Of a stretch of DNA of 64,000 nucleotides, positions 36,674-47,093 are shown in pieces (within the stretch, counting starts at the first letter, position 1; every line of letters starts with the position of its first letter). The position numbers and the translations under genes are program-made. The stretch is from a virus. The stretch is taken from the IMG/VR virus record IMGVR_UViG_3300017774_004344, positions 1 to 64,000 of that record. The stretch is one strand, 5' to 3'. The notes under the pieces were generated by a model. It was not told where the DNA came from. It searched no databases and worked only from the letters and a program-made list of their open reading frames with translations.

Positions 36674-39600
36674 TCAGTGGTTCCTGAGTTCGTCGATAAC
36701 CATCCCGATTCTCATTGCCACCAAAGAAGCAATTTCTTCTGAATCTTGATTAGGTTGTTGATAAATTGTGATCGGGGCGTTAATGGTTGAGTGCCCAAAC
36801 CCTTCGGAAGTATTTGCAGTGAAGGACGCAACTTTTGCAGAAGGCGGCATCATCTTTCGCTCCCAAGCCATAGCTTCATTCTGGTTGGAGAAGAACGCAG
36901 GGTTGCCTTGCCCTAAGGCATAGGCTACGTGGACATGGTCCATATGGTTCGGAATTGTCCAGGGAACTTTAACACCGTTTTTGATGCTGAAGCCGAGAGG
37001 GGTATAGTAAAGCTCGGCCATACGTCTACCAGAAGTGGATGCCAACTGTTGAGCGTAAGCTAGCATCGAACTTGAAGAGCCTCCAACGTCAATTGCTCGC
37101 CCGGCATAGTGGTAGGAACCGGGTGCATGCTTCCCGCCTGTTGTCGATGTTATCACTAATCCCATGTTCTGTGCAAGAGAACTTGCAGCCCCCAAGCCCC
37201 CTGACATCATTCCAAGGGCTCCACCCATCATCCCACCAGCAGAAGAAGCAATCTGTGAAATTTTCTGCCCTAGACTTGCAAACATTGAAAGACTTCGGTT
37301 GTGATTGTTATTTATCTGGCCTTGAACTTTAGAGAACATTTCACTATTGTATTCTTGTGCCTTTGAGAAGGCAGACCCAAGGCGGTTTAGCTGGGACTGA
37401 GACTCAACTACTTGACCTGAAACTTTAAACAAACCTTCAGTGAACCGCTTCCCGTTGTCTGAGTAAATCTGGTTGTTCGTGTTTATCGTGTTCGTGAGCC
37501 GACCGAATCCCTCTCTCAGGGTGTCCATGAAAGCACCCATGCCGAGACCACCTGCCGCTGGAATGACTGTCTCACTACTGTTTGCGATTACAAGACTAGA
37601 TCCGGAGGGTTTATTTCTCATTTCTTGAGAAATTGCATCTCCGAGACCACCCTTATACCGGACCCCGATAGAGCCTAAAGGGGAGTTCGTTGCAAGCGGA
37701 AAGGGTGTTACTTTTCTCTGCTTCGTTCCCCCCGTCCCGTAGTCAGAAGTTTTTCCACCTTGTCCTGGAGCAGCTGCGATATTTCCCGGAATTTTGCTTT
37801 CTATTATACGGCCAATAGCGGTAAATAAATTACCGATTGCACCCACAATAATTCCCCCAAACCCCATTACACTCTGCACGACTCCCTTTAGAACTTCACC
37901 TATACCCCAAAAAATCTTCTTCACCCCTTGAACTATTCTGTCTTGGTCAGCAGTGAACATTCCAACCAGAATGTCCCAAATCCCCGTGAAAAAGTTAGTG
38001 AGACCCCTCATGATGTTTGCTAATCCTTTCAGGAAGTGCCCAGCAGCAGCTACAGCCCAGTTGGTGCTTTCTGTTAATCTACCACCAGTGTTCGTTAACC
38101 AGTCTGCTAACGCTCTCAAGGGTCTTTCAAAGACAACAAAGGCTGCTACCAGTGCAGCAGTTATTGTAGTCACACCTAAAACTGTCGCCAGTAGACCTCC
38201 CGCACCAGCCGCAGCACCACCGGCAGCAGCCGCAGTCCCTGCAGAACCCGCAACAGACCCCGAAACTGCCTTAAAAATTGCATTCGCAATTAATGGAGTG
38301 GCAGAGGATATCACGGCACTTATGAGAGGGGGACCGAAGATGGCTCCAATGAAGGTTAAAACCAAGGGTCTGATCGGCTCATAAGTTAATACGCTGAAGA
38401 TAAACTCAAAAAGCTTCCCCACTAAGGTTGATATTCCGTCTCCTATACCTTTCTTTGCCGCGTCTAGAGCACCAGGCCCCGTGAATGCTGACATGAAACC
38501 TTTCATAAACTCACTTTGAGCCTTCCCCATTACACTATTGGGGTTTTTTATCATGTTTGCAAGATCCCCCATGATTTGACCTACTGTCTTAAAAATTTCT
38601 CCTACTATTCTGCCAAACCCTTCAGCTTGGGTCATTTTCTTAGACGGGTCTTTTGACCTTATATTAGAGGCTACATTGCTTAGTGTTTCCCCCAAGGGAC
38701 CGAACACAGTGTTAGTGACTTGTATAGCTGCCAATGCGAAGTCAGTCCAAACGGGGCCTATAGAATTTAAAGCGTCAGTTAAACTCCTCACCAAGTTAGA
38801 AAAAGCATAGCTGAACGCCTTGAAGGGGGTGCTAATTTCGTCTGCTCCGTCTTTCGTCAGTTGATCTCTTGTGAGTTGAGCTTGTTCAATGTTCGCTCTA
38901 AGTTCCTTAGCTCTTTGTGAGTCCGCTGAGACATTTTCCAGTTCCAAGCGGTACCTATCTATGCGTCCATTTTGTATTTTTATGATTGCATCATTCGCCT
39001 TCTTCTGTTCTTCTTTGGTGAATGTAACAGACATGCCTAAAATGCCTACCGAAGGGTTAAAAAGTGTATCCTGAAGACCTTGTAAAGAACCTGTTAAACT
39101 CTGAGCCATAGCTTTAGTTGACTCACTTGACATTGATTTATTGAAAGCATCCATCATGGCTTTCATCCTAACCGCGTCTGTGGCGGTCATCATTTTAGCT
39201 GAACGCATATTCCGACCTGCAAAACCTGCTTCTTCAAGATTCTTCATCAACATAATGTTGTCAGAGAAGAAGTCAATAGTGGTATCGATTTTTCCTCGGG
39301 TGACTAGACCCTCAATACCTGCTGCTACACGGAAACCCGCAGAACCTGTTCCCTGGGAGAAAAGAGCCGCTTTCTCTAGAAAGGCTCCATAGTTTTTGGC
39401 TGAAGCTTCCAATTTTTTCGGGTCGATATCCCTCATTTTGGTTCCCTTAGCCACCCCTTCTGCAGCCAACATGAGGGGTCCCATCGTATCCAAAGTGTAT
39501 CTCTGAAGTTCAACAACTTTAGCCGTAGGTGCTGAGGACTGCCGTATCATTTCCGACACAACTTGGTCGTACTTTTTATACATTTTCTGAGAGTCTTTGA

Positions 39601-40252
39601 AAGACCCTTCATAACCCTTGAGCCTAAAGGACCCTTCAATACCCGAAGCAGCTTTCACGTCGGCAAGTTCATCCTCCATTGACTCTTTGAAAAGCCTGGC
39701 TATTGAACCTGCCCCCTTTTGGGCGGTCCCTAGCACGGTTCTCATGCCCCTTTCAAATCCACTCGCCATCGCATCCCCGAACTTACCCAGTGCGTCGGCC
39801 TTCAAGAGAGTGGTCATTAAGTCATCGGCGTGACGATTAGCTCTTCCTGCTGATTCTCCTATGCCTTCAACTTCGCTGCGGGTTCTGGCCGCCGCTCTAG
39901 CAGCTTCTTCCAACGAGTCCGTCAGACCATCTAATCCCTTGACTCCCTCCCCAATTTGGGACACAGTGTCTCTAACTTTTCCTGCAGCTGAAGCTGCTTC
40001 GTTCAAATTCTTTGTGACTCCGTTCATGGGTTTTGAGATTAACCCTACTCTGAAGTTCAGATCATCAAAACTTTTACTTAAACTCTTCAGCTCCGAGTTG
40101 GCAGACTTAAATCCATCTCGTAAAGAAGTAGCGACGTTATTGTTCTTAAGGGGGTTGCTTAACTTGGCAATCTCCTTATTTAGGTCTTTTAACTTTTTGG
40201 TAATCTGATCGTCAAACTTACCGATCAGTGTAAAAGTTTTATTATCCACCAT
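36674..40252 (-). CDS. tail tape measure protein with C-terminal Zn-peptidase (M15-like) domain
   Basis: 1192 aa, helical and Ala/Gly-rich; HAPGSYHYAGRAIDV...HMDHVHV. Confidence 0.8.
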   Translation of the reverse strand: MVDNKTFTLIGKFDDQITKKLKDLNKEIAKLSNPLKNNNVATSLRDGFKSANSELKSLSKSFDDLNFRVGLISKPMNGVTKNLNEAASAAGKVRDTVSQIGEGVKGLDGLTDSLEEAARAAARTRSEVEGIGESAGRANRHADDLMTTLLKADALGKFGDAMASGFERGMRTVLGTAQKGAGSIARLFKESMEDELADVKAASGIEGSFRLKGYEGSFKDSQKMYKKYDQVVSEMIRQSSAPTAKVVELQRYTLDTMGPLMLAAEGVAKGTKMRDIDPKKLEASAKNYGAFLEKAALFSQGTGSAGFRVAAGIEGLVTRGKIDTTIDFFSDNIMLMKNLEEAGFAGRNMRSAKMMTATDAVRMKAMMDAFNKSMSSESTKAMAQSLTGSLQGLQDTLFNPSVGILGMSVTFTKEEQKKANDAIIKIQNGRIDRYRLELENVSADSQRAKELRANIEQAQLTRDQLTKDGADEISTPFKAFSYAFSNLVRSLTDALNSIGPVWTDFALAAIQVTNTVFGPLGETLSNVASNIRSKDPSKKMTQAEGFGRIVGEIFKTVGQIMGDLANMIKNPNSVMGKAQSEFMKGFMSAFTGPGALDAAKKGIGDGISTLVGKLFEFIFSVLTYEPIRPLVLTFIGAIFGPPLISAVISSATPLIANAIFKAVSGSVAGSAGTAAAAGGAAAGAGGLLATVLGVTTITAALVAAFVVFERPLRALADWLTNTGGRLTESTNWAVAAAGHFLKGLANIMRGLTNFFTGIWDILVGMFTADQDRIVQGVKKIFWGIGEVLKGVVQSVMGFGGIIVGAIGNLFTAIGRIIESKIPGNIAAAPGQGGKTSDYGTGGTKQRKVTPFPLATNSPLGSIGVRYKGGLGDAISQEMRNKPSGSSLVIANSSETVIPAAGGLGMGAFMDTLREGFGRLTNTINTNNQIYSDNGKRFTEGLFKVSGQVVESQSQLNRLGSAFSKAQEYNSEMFSKVQGQINNNHNRSLSMFASLGQKISQIASSAGGMMGGALGMMSGGLGAASSLAQNMGLVITSTTGGKHAPGSYHYAGRAIDVGGSSSSMLAYAQQLASTSGRRMAELYYTPLGFSIKNGVKVPWTIPNHMDHVHVAYALGQGNPAFFSNQNEAMAWERKMMPPSAKVASFTANTSEGFGHSTINAPITIYQQPNQDSEEIASLVAMRIGMVIDELRNH

Positions 40253-40308
40253 TCGCGTTTCTCGTGCGGTGCTAGCCTTGTATTAATTAGACTTTACCCC
40301 GCAAAGGT

Positions 40309-41817
40309 TTAAGGTATCTTTTGTCCCCGGTATTTGGCACTATTAAAGGTGTAAGCTGCAACATTTTGACCCTCACTGTTCCGTGATATGACAACATTGG
40401 TTGCTCCTGAGGGAACTCCCGGTATTTTCGCAGTTGGAGAAACATTCTGGTTGGCGCTACTTCTCACACTGCTCCCTCTCCCTCTCCCAGTCTCAGTGGT
40501 TGAATTCGTGGGTCTAGCCTCCACAACTTTGGCAACAGCACCCAAACTCGAAGTCGTGCCCGAAACCGTCTTGCTCGCCAGGTCCCTGCCGTCATCAACT
40601 TGGTAAGGAGGAACTTGAGAAAAGGAAATGTCAACTTTGGCCCGAGTTGCCAAACCGGTCAAGTCTCTCATTTCCTCTTTAACCTTCATTTCCTTGATTA
40701 CGAAACAGCCACCGTCAACATCCCCGTATCTTTTGTTGTTCGCGTAAATCCAGTACACGGGTACTTTCACATATCCGTTTTTTGTATCAAGGGAAAAGTT
40801 TAAGAGGGTTTCTAAGTCAGAAATTTTTCCTTCGATAGTCTTACCTCTTGTAAACCCCTCTACCAGGGCATTCGACATGCTCAGCTCTCTCATTCCTCGG
40901 CTGCCAGACACTACAGGTGGGTAGTTGGTGCCGAAAATAGGCACCCGGTCTACTTGAGCTGCAGTCGACCACGAAATTTCTTCGGGAGCACAGATAAAAT
41001 TCCACACTGAACTTTGAGAAGTGTCCGAAGAGAAAGGTTGCCCGACCAAGGAATACCCTAGGTTCTGGGGAACTGTAGACAAAGCTTTAAATGCGTCAGG
41101 GCTGCCGAAAGGGACGCCACTACTTGAACCTGCCGAGATAGCCTGAAAGTCTAAGTCAGTAAGGAAAGTTTTGGACGTATTTTGAAAAGTTTTTGAAAAC
41201 TCCCCGACTGAAAGGGCAGGGGCACCACTAGATGACGGAACACTCTGACCGGCTGGTATGGAAGTTGAAACACCACCAGGTCCATTTCCTGAAACTTGGT
41301 CTTTGACCTCAGCTTGAGCGCCAGTCGTAGCAGGTTTAATAGAGAAAACAACGTCAGGTCCGTTAGTTCCAGAGTTGTAGGCGAATCCCTGATAATCGGC
41401 ATCAGGTTCATTTCTAGCGCCCGGAAAGAACTTCGTCGGGCTGCTCGTGGTTGCTGGGAAGATGCTACCTAGCAAGTTCTGAGTCAAATTGTTGGCCGCA
41501 CCGGTCACGAGGTTTTGGACCAAAGGTCCCGCAGGCCCAAGAGCCTTAGAGTTTACGACGGAAGAGGTCAGCGCCTGAGAAATGGCCTGCCCACCTGCTG
41601 AAATCAACCCTGGAGTTGCAATTGTTCCTAGAAAGTTCGTTAGAGTCTGGGGGTTCAAGCCCAAAGAATTCGCCCACTGGTTTGATAAGTTGGGACTTAA
41701 AGCTACGCTGATTGTCGAGGAAGTCAGGTTGTTGATTAATCCACTGGCTACGCCGCTTAAAGAGCCAGACCCCAGGGAAACAAGGGGAATCGGTCCGGAA
41801 AAAGCCATTACTTCCAC
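40309..41817 (-). CDS. tail/baseplate morphogenesis protein
   Basis: WNFICAPEEISWS...FVIKEMKVKEEMRD..G.ATRAKVDISF; adjacent to the tape measure gene. Confidence 0.55.
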   Translation of the reverse strand: MEVMAFSGPIPLVSLGSGSLSGVASGLINNLTSSTISVALSPNLSNQWANSLGLNPQTLTNFLGTIATPGLISAGGQAISQALTSSVVNSKALGPAGPLVQNLVTGAANNLTQNLLGSIFPATTSSPTKFFPGARNEPDADYQGFAYNSGTNGPDVVFSIKPATTGAQAEVKDQVSGNGPGGVSTSIPAGQSVPSSSGAPALSVGEFSKTFQNTSKTFLTDLDFQAISAGSSSGVPFGSPDAFKALSTVPQNLGYSLVGQPFSSDTSQSSVWNFICAPEEISWSTAAQVDRVPIFGTNYPPVVSGSRGMRELSMSNALVEGFTRGKTIEGKISDLETLLNFSLDTKNGYVKVPVYWIYANNKRYGDVDGGCFVIKEMKVKEEMRDLTGLATRAKVDISFSQVPPYQVDDGRDLASKTVSGTTSSLGAVAKVVEARPTNSTTETGRGRGSSVRSSANQNVSPTAKIPGVPSGATNVVISRNSEGQNVAAYTFNSAKYRGQKIP

Positions 41818-42479
41818 CCCTGACTGCGAACACTTTTAACCTTAGTAGATTCTTTATTGTCCCTCTTCGCATCCTTCACAATCTGCGGAATTTTTTCAAG
41901 AGACGCCTCTTCCATGCGATAAGTGCATATCCAACCTTGCTCGGTTGGAGCAATCTCAAAGTGGAACCGATGGTTCTCATATTGAAAAGTTCCCGTAAAA
42001 GTGCCGTCTTCTACTTGTAAGAAGTCGTTTGAACTTGAGGGGTACTTGCCTTTTGGGTCGCGAACGCTGTTTACGGTGTCACCAAACACGCTCTCTATCA
42101 CTCCCTTCAAAACCCTCTCTACTTTTTCTGCAGTGCCTAGGTTGTCTTCAACAAAGTTCTCAGAGAGATTTTCAAATTCCTCTGGATAATTTAGAAGCTT
42201 GTACGGATCTATATTTTCTATAACGTCAACGGCGGGCCAGTGGTCCGGGTCAACCTTTTGCAATGATTCTAGGGTTTCATCTAACTCTTCTGGACTCAAA
42301 TCTACTGCACCGTCAAGCTTAGAGAGTGCTGGAACCAGAGAGATATCCCCGTCAGCAAAGTCATGGTGGAAATTATCAAGATAATGCTGAGGAATAGCTG
42401 AAGCATTTCCGCCACACGCTTCAAGAAGAAGGTGAGCCATCGGATTACATTGAGCAAAGTAGGCAGAGTCGGACTGCAT
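41808..42479 (-). CDS. acidic hypothetical protein
   Basis: Preceded by GGGTAAAA. Confidence 0.6.
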   Translation of the reverse strand: MQSDSAYFAQCNPMAHLLLEACGGNASAIPQHYLDNFHHDFADGDISLVPALSKLDGAVDLSPEELDETLESLQKVDPDHWPAVDVIENIDPYKLLNYPEEFENLSENFVEDNLGTAEKVERVLKGVIESVFGDTVNSVRDPKGKYPSSSNDFLQVEDGTFTGTFQYENHRFHFEIAPTEQGWICTYRMEEASLEKIPQIVKDAKRDNKESTKVKSVRSQGWK

Positions 42480-42513
42480 CCGTACGTATTCATTCTGCCT
42501 AGTTTTACCCGTT

Positions 42514-43497
42514 TTACAGCCTCACCGGTATGTCAATACCGACTTTAGCGAATTCTTTGTAAGCTTGATCAAAGTGAGAAGTTTTTACATTAGCAGAGGG
42601 GTCATTCAAACACTCTTCAAGTTTGGGGTACCACGGAGCAGTTCTTTCTATGGTGTATTCTGTATGAGGTTCACAAAGGTCGAAAAGACACTTCGGGGAT
42701 CCGGGGGGTAAATTGTCGGACGAATCTCCATGTTTAACTTTCCAGTCGGCCAAATTCTTCGGGTGGTCAAGGTCGTAACCCATCCTATGTTTAGTATGCT
42801 CAATAACCCCTATATTGCCTACTAATCTTTCCTGAATCTTTTCTTTAGGGAAAGGAACACGGGTGTTTGCGAAATAAACTTTCATGTTTTCATCGACCAA
42901 TTGAGACCAATCTCGGTCTAAAGTTGAAAGCAAAATCTGCCTCTCTCGTACCACAGAACCTGGGGGACTATTGCGAGACAGACGGTATATGGCCCCTGCC
43001 ACATCATCTGCTTCAAACCCTTCCTGAGAGAACACAGGGTAGTACTTGTTAACGTACTCCCACCCTATGTTAAAGATGCGCCAAAACGTCTCGGTTTTTT
43101 CTCCACGAGTTCCCTTGTAATGGGTTGGAATTTCCGACAGATCTTTTCCGTCTTTCTCCGCAAAAGCTAGCCAAGCCGACTGCACCTCTGCAGACCGTCT
43201 CATGAAAGTGTCGCGCCAATAGTTACCTGTATCCGAAAACCTGCTGTCTGCAACAACAACAATGCGGTAATCGTACCTAGGCAACATGTCCGGCCCTCTA
43301 TTAATTTTCAAGGCCCAGCAACCCTTGATCAGCTTATCTTCTACTTCTTCACTGACAGATCCCTCAACTTTTTCTTCGAACCACTTCTTCACATCGTGCA
43401 AGTACACGTGAAAATCTACTACCACCAAAGGAGCAGGGTTGCTATCGAGTTTGAAGTAAGATTCAAGCTTGGGTCGGATGGGTTGAATTTCACTCAT
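42514..43497 (-). CDS. 5'-3' exonuclease/flap endonuclease (RNase H-like)
   Basis: YKGTR, EADD, DRDWSQL, GDSSDNLP. Confidence 0.85.
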   Translation of the reverse strand: MSEIQPIRPKLESYFKLDSNPAPLVVVDFHVYLHDVKKWFEEKVEGSVSEEVEDKLIKGCWALKINRGPDMLPRYDYRIVVVADSRFSDTGNYWRDTFMRRSAEVQSAWLAFAEKDGKDLSEIPTHYKGTRGEKTETFWRIFNIGWEYVNKYYPVFSQEGFEADDVAGAIYRLSRNSPPGSVVRERQILLSTLDRDWSQLVDENMKVYFANTRVPFPKEKIQERLVGNIGVIEHTKHRMGYDLDHPKNLADWKVKHGDSSDNLPPGSPKCLFDLCEPHTEYTIERTAPWYPKLEECLNDPSANVKTSHFDQAYKEFAKVGIDIPVRL

Positions 43498-43551
43498 GAA
43501 GGGGTTGTAACGGTAACTCCTATATTATTGTGAGTTACCGTCTTTCGTAAA

Positions 43552-43785
43552 CTACTCGGCTTTTGGCATAGGAAGGTCGATGTAGTAGGCTGGTAAGCCA
43601 ACTTCTTCCTCTAAGAATCTTGAATCTGGCAGGCTAAGCCATTCTCCGGATTTAAACTGCCAAACATCGCAGTCTATGGTGTTGTAACTTCCTGATCTAT
43701 CTGGAAATGCAACCAGATACTCTCTATCAACGGATGGAGAATCCTCAGCAATTTTCCAGAATCCCTTTGCAATTTGGTTGTTCAT
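43552..43785 (-). CDS. hypothetical protein
   Basis: 77 aa, coupled to thyX. Confidence 0.5.
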   Translation of the reverse strand: MNNQIAKGFWKIAEDSPSVDREYLVAFPDRSGSYNTIDCDVWQFKSGEWLSLPDSRFLEEEVGLPAYYIDLPMPKAE

Positions 43786-44642
43786 TATTCAGAGAGTCGA
43801 TTTTGAAGAAGGGTGATAGTAGTTTTCAAGCCCGCAATCTCGTCTTGAAGAACTGAAATTTCTCCTTGAAGTTGGGCGATTTGCTCGTCGTACTCTTTGT
43901 CTTTGTAAAGAAGACCGCCAGTCTGACTGTCAAACAATGAGCTGTAAATAGTGGGGAACTGAGTTGCAAATACGGAACGCACTGCTCTTGCAAGTTCCAC
44001 GTGCTCCCATTGAGCCACCCCTTGGTCGTCCCTCACATTAATGTAGTGAATGAACGATCGAACACTCCCCGTGATGTAGAGGCGAGTGTAAACACCCTCC
44101 GGAAGAACGAAACGAGCCAATTCTTTGGCTATACCTTTGTTCAGAAGGTTGTTGTAGGCAGTGATGGAAGCTTTGTAAGCAAACTCGAATTCTGACCACA
44201 TGAAGTCTGTGAGACTTGCGTCTTCTGCTACGAAGCTATTCTGCCGGTTCTTGGTGTCTTGGAGCCTCGCTTCTTCGGGCATATAGAACAGATCTTGGTA
44301 GGCGGGAAGATCTTCTGTGTAGTTTTTCATGAAGCCTTGATCTTCATACCTTCCAGAAAATTGCTGGAAGCAAAAAGACCGGTGGCGTAAAGCCTGGATA
44401 GAGATTGCTAGGGGTGTGACAACTTCGACGGACATGGTGGCCTGCTCAAAGATGCTCCAATGGCCTTCCTTAGCGCAGTACTTAAGCAGTCCTGAGATCT
44501 TAGGGTTGCTCTGATCTTTGCTAGTTACTCTGGCAATGTAAGCAATGTGCTCTTCTGCGTGAGGTGTAACGGTAACAAGACGAGATTTACTCGATCCTTC
44601 AATGAACCAGGGATTATTGTTTTCCACCTCAGTTCTCCACAT
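43785..44642 (-). CDS. thyX: flavin-dependent thymidylate synthase
   Basis: GHWSIFEQ, LRHRSFCFQQFSGRY, KELARFVLP, AQWEH. Confidence 0.93.
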   Translation of the reverse strand: MWRTEVENNNPWFIEGSSKSRLVTVTPHAEEHIAYIARVTSKDQSNPKISGLLKYCAKEGHWSIFEQATMSVEVVTPLAISIQALRHRSFCFQQFSGRYEDQGFMKNYTEDLPAYQDLFYMPEEARLQDTKNRQNSFVAEDASLTDFMWSEFEFAYKASITAYNNLLNKGIAKELARFVLPEGVYTRLYITGSVRSFIHYINVRDDQGVAQWEHVELARAVRSVFATQFPTIYSSLFDSQTGGLLYKDKEYDEQIAQLQGEISVLQDEIAGLKTTITLLQNRLSE

Positions 44643-44937
44643 CTGTTAAGGATAAATTGTACAGACTACCATCTTTCAAAGTGGGGTAACAGTTTTTTCC
44701 GAGACTAGGGGAAGCCGTGAAGTGTGCAGGTGTGTCAGGGCGGTCATTGGCGTGAACAACCTCGAGAGAGTCGCCATGGTCAAGAGGGTACTCCATCACT
44801 CGAAGAAAACGCTCAAAGTTCCTGACAATTTGGTTCATGTCCGCTTCTGAAGAAAATTGCATAGAGACCCTGCTTTCATCTGGGCCATTATTAGGGGGAT
44901 CGTAGGTGATCGTGATTTTACCGAACATGGTTGTCAA
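44629..44937 (-). CDS. hypothetical protein
   Basis: FERFLRVMEY motif; within the operon. Confidence 0.5.
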   Translation of the reverse strand: MTTMFGKITITYDPPNNGPDESRVSMQFSSEADMNQIVRNFERFLRVMEYPLDHGDSLEVVHANDRPDTPAHFTASPSLGKNCYPTLKDGSLYNLSLTDVEN

Positions 44938-45617
44938 AAGTCAAGGGAAACTTCTTCAGAATTAAGGGTAGCCAAGTCAATTCCTTTGGCCATCAATTCC
45001 ATGATACGAATCGTGGAAACGCAGTCAGACAGAGCGTCGTGAGCAGGCAGCCCTGAGAGGTTTGGAAGTTTTTGCCAACGAATTCCTTGTTTAGAATCGT
45101 TCCATTCTCCTTTCCACTCGGAGTATTTATCCATAGCACAAGATGCGCCGGCAATTTCAGGTTTACCGATTTGGTACTTCCCAAACAGGTGAATTAACAA
45201 CTTCCAGTCAAAGTCCATATTATAGGAAATAACGTGCTTCCCCTCAAGAATGAACGATATTAGTTTCGCTACCTGGGGGAAAATGGGACTATCCGCCACC
45301 ATCTCGTTGGAAATACCATGAATGTTAACCAGCTCGTCGCTCATTGTCTGAGCGGGCTTAATCAACATTGAAAATAGGGGTCGTGTGGCTGAGTTCGTGA
45401 TCGTAAGCTGCACGATTTCCGTTGTCGGATCGTTTCTTAAAATGCCAGTAGTTTCGCAGTCAATGACTACTGTTTTCGGATCAGATAGGCGTTGCTGAGC
45501 CCAATCTGAGGACTTTTGCTTGAGTTCCTTAAACTCTAACTCTGTTGGTTTCACTGTTTGATTAAAGGGGTAAATGCGGTGCTTCCGCTTCGATTCCATC
45601 ATAGCCCTCTTGATCAA
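44934..45617 (-). CDS. DEDDh 3'-5' exonuclease (DnaQ-like)
   Basis: IDCETTG, YNMDFD, HDALSD. Confidence 0.88.
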   Translation of the reverse strand: MIKRAMMESKRKHRIYPFNQTVKPTELEFKELKQKSSDWAQQRLSDPKTVVIDCETTGILRNDPTTEIVQLTITNSATRPLFSMLIKPAQTMSDELVNIHGISNEMVADSPIFPQVAKLISFILEGKHVISYNMDFDWKLLIHLFGKYQIGKPEIAGASCAMDKYSEWKGEWNDSKQGIRWQKLPNLSGLPAHDALSDCVSTIRIMELMAKGIDLATLNSEEVSLDF

Positions 45618-45804
45618 GGGGTATACCCTCTTCTACCTTGTATTCCCTTTCTATTCTCTCGTGCCACTCTATGATTTTAGTGAAGGCAACAATCAGGTCC
45701 GTCGCATAACCCTTAACCCGTTCGCGGTCACCGGGTCCATCTTGCAAAATAAATTCGAAGTAGTTCCTCCCTTCGAAAGTCTGGCTTTTGACTTCAATTT
45801 TCAT
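45562..45804 (-). CDS. hypothetical protein
   Basis: ORF within the operon. Confidence 0.5.
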   Translation of the reverse strand: MKIEVKSQTFEGRNYFEFILQDGPGDRERVKGYATDLIVAFTKIIEWHERIEREYKVEEGIPLDQEGYDGIEAEAPHLPL

Positions 45805-46168
45805 AACTTTGAGTGAGAGTTATAGGGAGAACTCCGAAATCTTCCAATCCAAACAGCCCTCTGTCAATTGACTTTCCTCCAATTCTTTTGTATGAGTAGA
45901 CTTTTCCTATAAAGTGAACCCGCTCGTTCTGATCGGGTATTCTTCCGGCTTTCTTAAACTGGCGTTTTAGAACCCAAAGATGGTCCACGTAAAGGGACTC
46001 ACCAAGAGGGAGTGGAGTGACGATCACGTTCACTAGGCAGATAGAGTCTAGGTCTTTTCTCTTCCCGTGGGGGCGAAACTCCTTCACTCTGCCCGAACAT
46101 TCTACCTCAGCCCCAAGCAGATATTTTAGGTCTGCGCGTTGTCTGATAACTGAGGTTTTTTCTATCAC
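45794..46168 (-). CDS. hypothetical OB-fold-like protein
   Basis: DHLWV...VHFIGKVYSYKR. Confidence 0.5.
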   Translation of the reverse strand: MIEKTSVIRQRADLKYLLGAEVECSGRVKEFRPHGKRKDLDSICLVNVIVTPLPLGESLYVDHLWVLKRQFKKAGRIPDQNERVHFIGKVYSYKRIGGKSIDRGLFGLEDFGVLPITLTQSYEN

Positions 46169-46245
46169 ATTTGTGGCGAGGCAAGAGCTGTTTCTATCTT
46201 AGTGTCCCAGGGAGGGGGTAAAGTTTGTTAGATTAAACCCACTAC

Positions 46246-47004
46246 ATGAGCAACACAATAGGGAAAGAAACGTTCGGACTAACTAAGAAAGACTACACGG
46301 AAAAGTTAAGTAGAGTGATTGAAAACCACAGGGTGAATTCGCGGTTGGTTGGCGAACCTAGGGACTTTGTTTTAAGATCTTGCAGACTTTCCCCAACGTG
46401 GCAGAAGTTGTCAAATGACCCCGACGTTACTGTTTACTTAAGGAATGTAGAAACTGCAGGTGGGCGGAAAATTAAAATGATGAGCCTTGAGCGAGGTAGC
46501 TCAAAGCAACCAGTACCGAAGGCCAAGCTAATTGACTATTTGTACCCCGCCAAGAAGATAGCGACAAGCGCGAGCTTAGAAGAGAGACATTATAATGCTG
46601 TGAAGGCTTCCATGAGGAATGCGGTTTCATCTCAACTGAAAGATTTTCGAGATTCCTTGGAACTTCCCGTAACTTGTTACTTGACGGGGAAGAGTATTCG
46701 AAGAGGTATGAGAACCGACGTTGACCACGTGGGGCTTTCTTTCGCGGAAATTGCCGATTCTTTTATAAGGTTAAATTCTTTAACATACACGGATGTTTCT
46801 CTAACGGGACCCCCAACTGCTAAGAAGTTCAAAGATGAGGTTCTGTGGAAAGACTGGAAGTTGTATCACGAGGCGAAAGCTAGACTCTCTTTAGTTTGCT
46901 CTTCAGCTAACCGTTCCAAGGGGTGTGAAGGTTACGAAACCTCTTCAGAACTCTTTGGCTCTTTTTCCCAGCAAGACCCTGAAGACCTTTCACTAGAATT
47001 TTGA
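46246..47004 (+). CDS. putative HNH/His-Me nuclease; the only clear plus-strand gene
   Basis: TDVDHVG...YH...LVCSSANRSK; preceded by GGGTAAAG on the plus strand. Confidence 0.6.
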   Translation: MSNTIGKETFGLTKKDYTEKLSRVIENHRVNSRLVGEPRDFVLRSCRLSPTWQKLSNDPDVTVYLRNVETAGGRKIKMMSLERGSSKQPVPKAKLIDYLYPAKKIATSASLEERHYNAVKASMRNAVSSQLKDFRDSLELPVTCYLTGKSIRRGMRTDVDHVGLSFAEIADSFIRLNSLTYTDVSLTGPPTAKKFKDEVLWKDWKLYHEAKARLSLVCSSANRSKGCEGYETSSELFGSFSQQDPEDLSLEF

Positions 47005-47093
47005 TTTCGATTACCCAATCCCGGGATTAGTAAGGGTCACATCTACGGAGGGGTCGCATGACGGTCTAACCCAATCTCGCTGAGTTAAAGCGA

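Noticed and set aside
47005-47093. Possible tRNA in the intergenic region
   Set aside because: No cloverleaf or TTC-loop pattern could be built; no tRNA was recognised anywhere in the window.
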